From positions 2,574 to 66,573 of the forward strand of contig JAJBVL010000029.1 in assembly GCA_020859845.1 (NCBI GenBank): a stretch of DNA of 64,000 nucleotides, in the 5' to 3' direction. Below are positions 34,077-44,137 of the stretch, piece by piece. How positions within the stretch are numbered: position 1 is the first letter of the stretch; every line of letters starts with the position of its first letter. Below the pieces are notes generated by a model. It was not told the origin of the DNA. It searched no databases and saw only the letters and a program-made list of their open reading frames with translations. The translations under genes and the position numbers were made by a program. The DNA comes from Bacteroidales bacterium (GTDB lineage Bacteria; Bacteroidota; Bacteroidia; Bacteroidales; Muribaculaceae).

Positions 34077-35840
34077 TTAGCGAACGATGCGCTTTTCACC
34101 GTTAACAATGTAAACACCTGCGGGGAGGTTGTTGAGGTCGCTGCTAACGCGAACACCCTGCATGTTGTAGACGCCTTCCATCTTCTTAGCCTCGGTAGCG
34201 ATACCGTTGATACCGGTCGTCTCAGCTACGATTTCGATGTCAACATCTTCGTTTACAGTTACGATGTACATGCGGCCGCTCTCGGCGGTGATGGTCTCGT
34301 CGTTAACCTTCACTTCATTGGCAGTGAGGATGGCGATTTCGGTGCCCTGGAATGCTACATAGTTGAACTTTTCAACAAGCTGGATGCGATCCATGTACAT
34401 CTCAGCCTCGTTGGTTGCGCCGTGGAAGCAAACAGTGTATTCAGCGGGTTGTTCCTTGTAAACCTTAACTACGTCAAACTCCTCAGCCTTGATTTCGAAG
34501 ATGTAACCATCTGTCCAAGTTGGGTCAACCTGATCGTTGTTGAGGTATACATAAGGAGTAGCGCTGTAAGCGTAGGTATTGAGTTCGAATGGGCTGTCGA
34601 TAGCGCTATCGAACAGGATGCTGTTGTAGCCAGCCTCGAAGTTATTGTAGAGATAACCACAAGCACTTGTGAGTTCTGCTGGCCAGTTGCCAATCTCAAG
34701 AGATTCAAGATAGAGAGCCATCTCTTCGTAGCGTGAAGGAGCAAATGTCTTAACAACGATTACCAAGCTGTCAGCGAGGTCGATGTCATAGTATTTCTCG
34801 TTGCTCCAGTTGGTCTGAGGAGTAGCCTCTACGCCATTAACCTCACATGAAGTGATCTCGAAGCCACCAGCTTTAGCCTGGATTTCGATATAGTTGGTAT
34901 AGCCAGTTGGGTTGTAGGGGAGTTGAAGCACGTTCTCACCGCTTACGAGCTCAATGTTCTGAATGTTGCTTACATTTACATTGTCAACATCGTCAATGTT
35001 AAGAGTAACAGTGTAGAGAGGATAAGCCTCAACATCGAAAGCCATTTCTACATCGCCAGTAAGAGGAGCGATAGTATGATAGCCGTAGAAGTATGAGAGG
35101 GTATCGCCGTTTACTACCACGTTGTTAAACTTGTAGTAGGAAGTGTTGGCATTGATTGATACAGAAGAACCAGCCTTTGCGGTAACGCCATCAGCCCATT
35201 CTACTTCTTCGTTGTCAACAGTTACGCTCTTGATTACATTCTCTGCGGGCATGTCGAAAGTAACGGTGTAGTCAACATCGGGCCAAGTAGCTACGATATC
35301 AAGAACATCACCATCTACCATGTCATTGAGATAGTAATAAGCAGAGGTGTACTGAGTGATAGCGGAGTCGTTAAGCTCTACGCTATAGAAGTACTTGCCA
35401 TAGGTGCTAGTGCCGAGAGTCCAGTTCTGCTCAATTGAGGGAGCAAATGCAATCTGGTTTTCGCCAGCATTGAGGTAAACTTGACGATAAGAGCCGCTAA
35501 AGCGAACCATAGCCAACGAATCAGCATCTGCAGTCAGATTAATTGTAGCAGTAGCGCTATAGAACTCAGATGCAGGGGCTGTGTTGATAATGAAAGCTAC
35601 ATCACCACCATTATAATCGTAGAAAGAGGCATTGGTGTAGTAGTTTGAACCTACAGATTGAGTACCATTAGTTACAGAAGTGATGACAAAGTTATCAGCG
35701 GCATAAGCAGTAGCGGAGAAATAATTCTCATAAGTACCTGTGATAAGGGTTTCACCTACGGCTACTTCCTCGCCATTAATTGTAAGACTAGCCAAAGCAG
35801 CATCGTCAGTAACTACGATGGTGTAGTTGGCAGCATTCAC
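34077..35840 (-). CDS. T9SS-sorted protein of unknown function, lacking an in-frame signal peptide.
   Basis: The 587-aa ORF starts at a GTG. The C-terminal tail is VYNMQGVRVSSDLNNLPAGVYIVNGEKRIVR. It is AT-richer than its neighbours. The matching signal peptide is encoded out of frame at 35837-35896. Confidence 0.6.
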   Translation of the reverse strand: MNAANYTIVVTDDAALASLTINGEEVAVGETLITGTYENYFSATAYAADNFVITSVTNGTQSVGSNYYTNASFYDYNGGDVAFIINTAPASEFYSATATINLTADADSLAMVRFSGSYRQVYLNAGENQIAFAPSIEQNWTLGTSTYGKYFYSVELNDSAITQYTSAYYYLNDMVDGDVLDIVATWPDVDYTVTFDMPAENVIKSVTVDNEEVEWADGVTAKAGSSVSINANTSYYKFNNVVVNGDTLSYFYGYHTIAPLTGDVEMAFDVEAYPLYTVTLNIDDVDNVNVSNIQNIELVSGENVLQLPYNPTGYTNYIEIQAKAGGFEITSCEVNGVEATPQTNWSNEKYYDIDLADSLVIVVKTFAPSRYEEMALYLESLEIGNWPAELTSACGYLYNNFEAGYNSILFDSAIDSPFELNTYAYSATPYVYLNNDQVDPTWTDGYIFEIKAEEFDVVKVYKEQPAEYTVCFHGATNEAEMYMDRIQLVEKFNYVAFQGTEIAILTANEVKVNDETITAESGRMYIVTVNEDVDIEIVAETTGINGIATEAKKMEGVYNMQGVRVSSDLNNLPAGVYIVNGEKRIVR

Positions 35841-35896
35841 TGCGAAGCTGCTTGCACAAGTGCAGCAAGCATCAGGAATGAGTAAAGTTTTCTCAT
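35837..35896 (-). other. Orphan 19-codon signal-peptide ORF (MRKLYSFLMLAALVQAASQ*), out of frame with the 34077-35840 body.
   Basis: I translated it by hand. The ATG at 35896 gives remainder 1 on division by 3 and the body start at 35840 gives remainder 2. The TGA at 35837-35839 overlaps the GTG of the body. Confidence 0.7.
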
Positions 35897-35985
35897 AAAT
35901 AATGATTTGGGTTAAAATTAAGAGATATGGTTAATTAAATGATTATTTGCATGATGTGAATATACTATACTCGCAAATATTGGCG

Positions 35986-35993
35986 CAAAGATA
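35986..35993 (-). promoter_or_regulatory. TAnnTTTG promoter motif upstream of the signal-peptide ORF.
   Basis: CAAAGATA on the plus strand reads TATCTTTG on the minus strand, about 90 nt upstream of the ATG at 35896. Confidence 0.35.
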
Positions 35994-36067
35994 ACCATTC
36001 TTTTGCATATGGCAAATTTTTTTCACGGAATATTGCAAAAAAATTACAATTCTCCATATATGATACA

Positions 36068-36104
36068 CAAAAAGAGCCTGCGCCGGGGCATCCGGCGCAG
36101 GCTC
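36068..36104 (-). terminator. Rho-independent terminator of galK.
   Basis: GAGCCTGCGCCGG-GGCAT-CCGGCGCAGGCTC is a 13-bp stem followed by CTTTTTGTG on the minus strand. Confidence 0.8.
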
Positions 36105-36131
36105 CTCTGGAGTATAAGAATGGAGTCGATT

Positions 36132-37271
36132 CTATTCTTCTACGTAGCGACGTGAACCGTCGGAGACGATCACGGGATAAATCTTGGGCTCATGGCCATA
36201 GCGCTCGTTGAATTTGCGCTTGGCGGTCTCGATAAAGTTGTCGTAGAGCTCATCCTTCACCAGGTTGACGGTGCAGCCACCAAAGCCGCCGCCCATGATG
36301 CGGGAACCGCTGACGCCACACTCCTTGGCGATGTCGTTGAGATAGTCGAGCTCTTCACACGACACCTCATATAGCTTCGACAGGCCCTCGTGGGTCTCAT
36401 ACATGCGTTTGCCCACGGTCTCGAGGTCGCCCTTGAGCAGAGCGTCGCAGACGTCGAGCACACGCTGCTTCTCGCCGATGACGTATTCAGCGCGCTTGTA
36501 GTCTTCCTCGCTTATCTGGTCCTTGATGGCGTTGAGCATGTCCATGTCGGCATCGCGGAGGGTCTCCACGCCGAGCTTCTTGGCCACGCGCTCGCAACTC
36601 TCGCGACGCTTGTTGTAGGGGGAGTCAACGAGCTCGTGCTTTACGCGCGAGTCAACGAGCACCAGCTTGTAGCCGTCGAGCTTGATGGGGAAGTATTCAA
36701 ACTCTCCGCTGCGGCAGTCGAGGCGCATCAGATGGTCCTTCTTGCCATGAACGGAGGCAAACTGGTCCATGATACCGCAATTGACACCGCAATAGTTGTG
36801 CTCGGTCGACTGGCCTATCTTGGCGAGCTCCATCTTGGGGAAACGATTGTCGTTGAAGAGGTCGTTGAGCGCGTTGGCGAAACAGCTCTCGAGAGCGGCC
36901 GACGATGACAGGCCAGCGCCCAGAGGCACGTTGCCAGCAAATACTGCGTCAAAGCCTTCTACCTTGCCACCACGCTTAATCACCTCGCGGCATACGCCGA
37001 AGACGTAGCGTGCCCACTGCTGCTCAGGAGCATCCTCTTCACGCAGACCAAACTCGGCTGTCTCGTTCAAGTCGAGCGAGTAGACGCGGCAACGGTCGGT
37101 GCCGTTGGGACGAATGTCGGCCATGATCACCTTGTCGATAGCGCCCGGGAACACGAAGCCACCATTATAATCGGTGTGCTCGCCGATGAGGTTGAAGCGA
37201 CCAGGGGACACGAAGAGGATGCCTTCGCCTCCGAAGTGGTCAGCAAAGGCTTTCTTGATTTGTTCTTTCAT
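36132..37271 (-). CDS. galK: Galactokinase.
   Basis: GRFNLIGEHTDYNGGFVFP is the galactokinase signature, and GAGLSSSAALE is the GHMP kinase motif. Confidence 0.92.
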   Translation of the reverse strand: MKEQIKKAFADHFGGEGILFVSPGRFNLIGEHTDYNGGFVFPGAIDKVIMADIRPNGTDRCRVYSLDLNETAEFGLREEDAPEQQWARYVFGVCREVIKRGGKVEGFDAVFAGNVPLGAGLSSSAALESCFANALNDLFNDNRFPKMELAKIGQSTEHNYCGVNCGIMDQFASVHGKKDHLMRLDCRSGEFEYFPIKLDGYKLVLVDSRVKHELVDSPYNKRRESCERVAKKLGVETLRDADMDMLNAIKDQISEEDYKRAEYVIGEKQRVLDVCDALLKGDLETVGKRMYETHEGLSKLYEVSCEELDYLNDIAKECGVSGSRIMGGGFGGCTVNLVKDELYDNFIETAKRKFNERYGHEPKIYPVIVSDGSRRYVEE

Positions 37272-37320
37272 GATGTTGATTTCAATAAGTTATAGGGGTT
37301 AAAAAGATTGTTGTGTCTCG

Positions 37321-37788
37321 TTACTTGAGTGCCTCCTTGACCAAGGCATCAAAGGCGTCCTTGTCGCGATAGCCAACGGTCGACTTCACTGTGCCGTCGG
37401 GAAGGATAAGGGTGATATGAGGGATACTCTGCACGCCATATTTCTGGGCCAGCTGAGGACACTTGTCAACATCGACCGACAGAAACAGTGCCTTGCCCTT
37501 ATACTCCTGAGCCACCTCGTGGAAGACGGGAGCAAAATTGCGGCAGGGCCCACACCATGTGGCGTTGAAGTCGACGAAGGTGGGGAGCTGAGGGCGAGCG
37601 GCGATGGTGTCGCCAGGCTGAAGGGTGATTACGGCGTCGTCGTCGGCAGCGGCTGCTGAAGCCGCTGGGGCGCTTTGTGAAGCAGGGGCGTTATTGTCGG
37701 ATGACGAAGCGCTGCCTTGCTGAGCCGCATTGCTCGAGCAGGCCGTTAAGAGGCCGATTATCAGCGCTAAGAATGCTGGATGTCTCAT
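37321..37788 (-). CDS. Thioredoxin-family lipoprotein.
   Basis: It has a lipoprotein signal (LLTAC), a low-complexity Ala/Ser linker and a WCGPC active site. Confidence 0.8.
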   Translation of the reverse strand: MRHPAFLALIIGLLTACSSNAAQQGSASSSDNNAPASQSAPAASAAAADDDAVITLQPGDTIAARPQLPTFVDFNATWCGPCRNFAPVFHEVAQEYKGKALFLSVDVDKCPQLAQKYGVQSIPHITLILPDGTVKSTVGYRDKDAFDALVKEALK

Positions 37789-37876
37789 AAGTGGGTGTTG
37801 ATAGTTTTAGTAGTAGGAGTTGTGGGTTGTCTTTATGTTGGTAGAGGTAAAAACAATCGCCAAGCATACTTGATTG

Positions 37877-37884
37877 CAAATTTA
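37877..37884 (-). promoter_or_regulatory. TAnnTTTG promoter motif for the thioredoxin gene.
   Basis: CAAATTTA on the plus strand reads TAAATTTG on the minus strand, about 90 nt upstream of the ATG at 37788. Confidence 0.4.
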
Positions 37885-37969
37885 GTAAAATAATCAATAC
37901 CCACCGCTTTTTAACTAAATTTAATGCTTGGATGTCAAAAATTCCTCTCGCTACCTCATAGAAGTTTAC

Positions 37970-37977
37970 TACCTTTG
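37970..37977 (+). promoter_or_regulatory. TAnnTTTG promoter motif for nagB.
   Basis: TACCTTTG lies 70 nt upstream of the ATG at 38048. Confidence 0.45.
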
Positions 37978-38047
37978 TAAATTATAAGTGTAACAACCCT
38001 GCTACCCAAACAAAAACATCAACAATACTAACCCTAAATTACCATCT

Positions 38048-38860
38048 ATGAGACTTATCATTGAGCCCGACTATGAAAAAGTGTCGCAATGGGCGGCCAA
38101 CTACGTAGCCTCTCGCATCAACGCTGCACATCCCACGGCTGAGCATCCCTTCGTGCTCGGTTGCCCCACCGGCAGCTCACCTCTGGGCATGTATCGCAAC
38201 CTCATCAAGCTCTATCAGGAAGGCAAGGTGTCGTTTAAGCATGTAGTGACGTTCAACATGGACGAATACTGCGGCATACCTCGCGACCACGAGCAGAGCT
38301 ATTATACCTTCATGTGGACCAACTTCTTCAACCACATCGACATCCTCCGTGAGAACGTCAACATCCTCAATGGCAACGCTGAAAACCCCGCCGAAGAGTG
38401 TGCACGCTACGAGGAGAAGATCAAGAGCTACGGCGGCATCGACCTCTTTATGGGTGGTGTAGGCCCCGACGGCCATATCGCTTTCAACGAGCCCGGATCG
38501 TCGCTCACCTCCAAGACCCGCATGAAGACCCTCACCCACGACACTATCATTGCCAACTCGCGCTTCTTTGAGAACAACGTTGACCTCGTGCCTAAGACCG
38601 CTCTTACCGTAGGCGTAGGCACCGTGATGGCTGCCAAGAGCGTGATGCTCATTGTCAACGGCCACAACAAGGCTCGTGCCCTGCGCCATGGCGTAGAGGG
38701 TGGCATCAGCCAGATGTGGACCATCTCGGCTCTGCAGATGCATCCCCATGCAATCATCGTGGCCGACGACCCCGCTTGCGGCGAACTGATGGTCGACACC
38801 TATCGCTACTTCAAGGATATTGAGAGCGCCAACCTCGACCCTGCTACCCAGCTGAAATAA
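38048..38860 (+). CDS. nagB: Glucosamine-6-phosphate deaminase.
   Basis: The 270-aa ORF contains [19 protein letters not shown] and [15 protein letters not shown]. Confidence 0.92.
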   Translation: MRLIIEPDYEKVSQWAANYVASRINAAHPTAEHPFVLGCPTGSSPLGMYRNLIKLYQEGKVSFKHVVTFNMDEYCGIPRDHEQSYYTFMWTNFFNHIDILRENVNILNGNAENPAEECARYEEKIKSYGGIDLFMGGVGPDGHIAFNEPGSSLTSKTRMKTLTHDTIIANSRFFENNVDLVPKTALTVGVGTVMAAKSVMLIVNGHNKARALRHGVEGGISQMWTISALQMHPHAIIVADDPACGELMVDTYRYFKDIESANLDPATQLK

Positions 38861-38875
38861 ATCCCCATAGATCAA

Positions 38876-38910
38876 TAAAAAAGGCTGCCCTCGCTGAGGC
38901 AGCCTTTTTT
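38876..38910. terminator. Bidirectional rho-independent terminator between nagB and thiH.
   Basis: AAAAAAA-GGCTGCC-CTCGCTGA-GGCAGCC-TTTTTT. Confidence 0.8.
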
Positions 38911-38927
38911 GTTGGCCAAAGGGAATC

Positions 38928-40037
38928 TTAATCGAAGACTTTGTCCCAGTCCTTCCAGACGGCCTCGTAGCCGAGGGCGTGGATCTCCTCCACCACCTGT
39001 CGGGGCGTGCGGGCGTCCGACACCTCAAACTGCTCCAGGGCCTCGGGCGTAGACACGTAGCCTCCTGGCTCTGTCTTGCTGCCAGCGCTCATCGAGGTGA
39101 CGCCCAGCTTCATCATGTTGGCGCGGAAGGATGGACGCTCGCGGGTAGAGTAGGAGATGTCGACATCGTGGTCGAAGATGCGGAAGGCAAAGGTGAGTTG
39201 GGCAAGCTCGCGGTCGGTCATCACCACTCGCGGCTGATAGCCTCCCTCTGCCGGACACATGCGCGGGAAGTTGATGCTATAGCGCGTCTGCCAGTAGTTC
39301 TTGCGGAGGTAGCGCAGGTGGCGCGCCATCATGGTGACGTCGGTGCGCCAATCCTCGAGACCTATCAGCACGCCCATGCCTATCTTGTGGACACCGGCGA
39401 GGCCCATGCGGTCAAAGCCGTTGACCCTCCACTCAAAGATCGACTTCATACCCTGAGGGTGGTAGGTCTTGTAGCGGTCTTCGTGGTAGGTCTCTTGGAA
39501 GCATACCACTCCATTAAGCCCCACGCGGGTCAGGCGCTCATAAGAGGCTTGCTTCATGGGCATCACCTCGATTGTGAGGTTGTTGAAGTAGGGGCGAGCC
39601 ACTTGCAACACTTTTTCCAGATAATCCACACCGTTGGTCGAGGGAAACTCGCCCGAGACGATGAGAAGATTCTCAAACGGCCCCAGCCGACGGATGGCCT
39701 CACACTCGGCTTTTACTTGGTCGAGAGTCAACGTCACTCGCTTCAAGGGGTTGTCGTGGTTGAAACCGCAGTAGACACACTTGTTGGTACACTGGTTGGA
39801 CACATACAGCGGTATATACATGGAGATGGTCTTGCCAAAGCGCTCCATAGTATATTTATGTGAGAGCTGGGCCATTGGCTCCAGATAGCGAGCGCCGGCG
39901 GGCGAGATCATTGCCATGAAGTCGTCGACGGTGGGGCGCTCGCTGGCCAAGGCGAGCTCTACGTCGCGTGGCGTCTTGCTCGCGATGGCGCGGGTAGTGT
40001 CGTCCCAAGAATATTTTCTTAATTCGTCAATAAACAT
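38928..40037 (-). CDS. thiH: 2-iminoacetate synthase (tyrosine lyase), radical SAM.
   Basis: It has the CTNKCVYCGF radical-SAM cluster motif and lies in the thi operon. The ATG at 40037 (MFIDELRKY) is preferred; the ORF-track start at 40157 reads through the thiC 3' end and a repeat. Confidence 0.85.
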   Translation of the reverse strand: MFIDELRKYSWDDTTRAIASKTPRDVELALASERPTVDDFMAMISPAGARYLEPMAQLSHKYTMERFGKTISMYIPLYVSNQCTNKCVYCGFNHDNPLKRVTLTLDQVKAECEAIRRLGPFENLLIVSGEFPSTNGVDYLEKVLQVARPYFNNLTIEVMPMKQASYERLTRVGLNGVVCFQETYHEDRYKTYHPQGMKSIFEWRVNGFDRMGLAGVHKIGMGVLIGLEDWRTDVTMMARHLRYLRKNYWQTRYSINFPRMCPAEGGYQPRVVMTDRELAQLTFAFRIFDHDVDISYSTRERPSFRANMMKLGVTSMSAGSKTEPGGYVSTPEALEQFEVSDARTPRQVVEEIHALGYEAVWKDWDKVFD

Positions 40038-40061
40038 TTGTGTTGTAAGAATTACAGAATA

Positions 40062-40086
40062 ATAGAGGGATAGAATGACAGAGAGG
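40062..40086 (+). repeat. Single degenerate unit of the GATAGA repeat family in the thiC-thiH spacer.
   Basis: ATAGAGGGATAGAATGACAGAGAGG compares with ATAGAGAGATAGAAGACAGAGAGAC at 51500-51524. Confidence 0.6.
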
Positions 40087-40090
40087 CTGA

Positions 40091-41845
<1,755 letters not shown>

Positions 41846-41871
41846 TTAAGCGCTTCAGCGATTAATGGTAA

Positions 41872-42645
41872 TTAAAAATCAAGGAAAGCTGTGAGTGGAC
41901 TGGATGCTTGAGCCATAGAGGATGTGCGTCCTGGGCCTGCCAGACGAGCGCGGCGCCCTGCTTCTACGGCCAGTTTGAAAGCGATGGCCATCTCTACGGG
42001 GTCGTCAGCCACAGCGATGGCTGTGTTGACAAGCACTGCGTCGGCGCCCATCTCCATAGCCTCAGCGGCATGGGAGGGAACGCCAAGCCCAGCGTCGATC
42101 ACCACCGGCACACGGCTTTCGGCGATGATAATTTCGAGCAGGTCGCGGGTTCGGAGACCTTTGTTGGTGCCGATAGGAGCTCCGAGAGGCATCACGGCTG
42201 CTGTGCCCACCTCTTCCAGACGCTTGCAAAGCACAGGGTCGGCCTGGATGTAGGGGAGCACGATAAATCCATCCTTGGCCAAGCGTTCGGTGGCTTTGAG
42301 AGTCTCTACAGGGTCGGGGAGCAGATATTTAGGATCGGGGTGGATTTCGAGTTTGATGAAGTCGGTCTCAAAGCAGTCGCGGGCCAATTTGGCGGCGAGG
42401 ACTGCCTCGTCGGCGTTGCGCACACCCGACGTGTTGGGCAGTAGCTGCACGTGCTCGCGATTTATGTGGCGTAGCATGTCGTCTTCATCTTCGTGGTCCA
42501 TGTCGATGCGCTTCATGGCCACGGTAATCATCTGGGAGCCTGATGCGAGTATGGCCTCAAGCATCAGGCGGTTGGAGGCAAATTTGCCGGTGCCAACGAA
42601 TAGGCGCGATGTGAAGTCGCGACCACCAATATTTAATATATCCAT
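41872..42645 (-). CDS. thiG: Thiazole synthase.
   Basis: The 257-aa ORF contains [16 protein letters not shown] and IDAG. Confidence 0.9.
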   Translation of the reverse strand: MDILNIGGRDFTSRLFVGTGKFASNRLMLEAILASGSQMITVAMKRIDMDHEDEDDMLRHINREHVQLLPNTSGVRNADEAVLAAKLARDCFETDFIKLEIHPDPKYLLPDPVETLKATERLAKDGFIVLPYIQADPVLCKRLEEVGTAAVMPLGAPIGTNKGLRTRDLLEIIIAESRVPVVIDAGLGVPSHAAEAMEMGADAVLVNTAIAVADDPVEMAIAFKLAVEAGRRARLAGPGRTSSMAQASSPLTAFLDF

Positions 42646-42650
42646 TTTAA

Positions 42651-42706
42651 GTCAAAAGTCAAGAGTCAAAAGTCAAGAGTCAAGAGTCAAGAGTCAAGAG
42701 TCAAAA
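42651..42706 (-). repeat. Eight tandem heptamers (minus strand TCTTGAC/TTTTGAC) filling the thiE-thiG spacer.
   Basis: The plus strand reads GTCAAAA GTCAAGA GTCAAAA GTCAAGA x4 GTCAAAA. I counted it base by base. Confidence 0.95.
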
Positions 42707-42712
42707 GTATTT

Positions 42713-43333
42713 TTAGAGGATCCCGAGGCAGCGAAGCACGCGCTCGGTGTAGTTGACGGGGTCGTCGGCGTTGATGATGGCGCCGCTTATGGCGATGCCA
42801 TTTACGCCTGTAGTCATCAACTCGGGGATATCTTCGATAGTGATACCACCGATGGCCACTATCGGTAGCTCCACACCGGCATTGCGCACAGCGTTGACAA
42901 TCTCGCTGTAGCCAGCAAAGCCCAACTCAGGGGCAAGGCGCTTTTTGGTGGTGGTGAAGCGGAATGGGCCGAGCCCCACATAGTCGACATCCTTACCCTT
43001 GAAGCGCAGGATATCGTCGGCGGTGTTGGCTGTCACGCCGATGATGGCGTGTGGGCCGAGCAGTTCGCGGGCCTCCAGCGGGTCCATGTCTTCCTTTCCG
43101 AGGTGTACGCCCGACACGCGAAGCTCGTTGACGAGTTCCACACGGTCGTCGATAATAAGAATGGTGTCGTTTTCCTGACACATTGGGATAATCTCAAGGG
43201 CCGTCTCACGCACCTCTTCGTCCGTGGCGTCCTTCATGCGTAGCTGTATCCAGCGGCAGCCACCTTCGATGGCCATCTGCACCTCCTCGGGTATCGAGAA
43301 GCGTTCGCTGGGATGAGTAATAAACTGTAGCAT
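42713..43333 (-). CDS. thiE: Thiamine-phosphate synthase.
   Basis: The 206-aa ORF contains IQLRMKD, GVHLG and VAIGGI. Confidence 0.85.
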   Translation of the reverse strand: MLQFITHPSERFSIPEEVQMAIEGGCRWIQLRMKDATDEEVRETALEIIPMCQENDTILIIDDRVELVNELRVSGVHLGKEDMDPLEARELLGPHAIIGVTANTADDILRFKGKDVDYVGLGPFRFTTTKKRLAPELGFAGYSEIVNAVRNAGVELPIVAIGGITIEDIPELMTTGVNGIAISGAIINADDPVNYTERVLRCLGIL

Positions 43334-43336
43334 CTT

Positions 43337-43367
43337 ATTAAGTCAAAAGTATTAAGTCAAAAGTCAA
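43337..43367 (-). repeat. A 14-nt unit ATTAAGTCAAAAGT, two copies plus a partial third, related to the heptamer array.
   Basis: Units lie at 43337-43350 and 43351-43364. Both contain GTCAAAA. The repeat lies in the spacer upstream of the thiE ATG. Confidence 0.85.
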
Positions 43368-43390
43368 TTTCTGCCCAGGCGATTATTTCT

Positions 43391-43930
43391 TTAATTCCAA
43401 ACTGAGCCGAGATGCGCAGCTCCAGAGAAGCCAAGTGCGCGCAACTCATCATACTTTGCGGGCGTAACTCCTCCAAGGGCAATCACTGGTAGATGGGGGC
43501 GCTCATGAAACCGTCGCAATTCATCATAAGTGAAGGCGCTCTTGTAGCCAGGCTTGGAGATGCTGTCGTAGATGGGGCTGAGCAACACATAGTCAAATCC
43601 CTCCCCCGTCTGCCACACCTCATCAAGCGAATGGCACGAGCGCGACAATGGTCCGCTATAGAAGGCTGGAGGCTCGGGACACCGATGGTTGAGGTGAAGG
43701 CCTCCGATATTAAACTCCGATGCGAGCTCGAAAAAGCCGTGGAGACGTAGGCGCCCGTGCAATCGCTGGGGAATGGCCTCCAGCAGATGGCGCACGTCGC
43801 GCAACGATGCCTCGGGATGGCGTATATGGACATAGGAAAAGCCATCGTCCAATAGCTCTACTATTCTTTTAGCCTCTTGAGGCGCTATCTCTGGCGGAGT
43901 AATAGCAATCCTTATCCAATCATCCTCCAT
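43391..43930 (-). CDS. ThiE-family paralog (thiamine-phosphate synthase/TenI-like).
   Basis: The 179-aa ORF contains VHIRHPE, GGLHLN and IALGGV. It lies in the thi operon and overlaps thiS by 11 nt. Confidence 0.65.
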   Translation of the reverse strand: MEDDWIRIAITPPEIAPQEAKRIVELLDDGFSYVHIRHPEASLRDVRHLLEAIPQRLHGRLRLHGFFELASEFNIGGLHLNHRCPEPPAFYSGPLSRSCHSLDEVWQTGEGFDYVLLSPIYDSISKPGYKSAFTYDELRRFHERPHLPVIALGGVTPAKYDELRALGFSGAAHLGSVWN

Positions 43931-44120
43931 AGAATGCCTTTATTATCAGAATTTTGTCATTGGGGGAGAGAATGTGGGAGGAACGGCGCGGCGCGGGTAT
44001 CACCTCGCCATTGACCGCTGTGGCAATACCTTTGGGAACTATCGATGCCGCATCCAAGGCTTGGGAAAGGGTGGTGCCTTCAGGTAGGCTATAGCTGTGG
44101 TCGTTGATAATAATATCCAT
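43920..44120 (-). CDS. thiS: Sulfur-carrier protein ThiS.
   Basis: The 66-aa ORF ends in GG and lies in the thi operon. Confidence 0.85.
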   Translation of the reverse strand: MDIIINDHSYSLPEGTTLSQALDAASIVPKGIATAVNGEVIPAPRRSSHILSPNDKILIIKAFYGG

Positions 44121-44137
44121 GGTCGATGATATAGAGT

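Noticed and set aside
42651-42706. The TTGAC in every heptamer read as an array of sigma-70 -35 boxes.
   Set aside because: Bacteroidota primary promoters use TTTG/-33 and TAnnTTTG/-7 elements rather than TTGACA/TATAAT. No -10 partner is present. The array lies inside an operon that is already driven from the riboswitch promoter.
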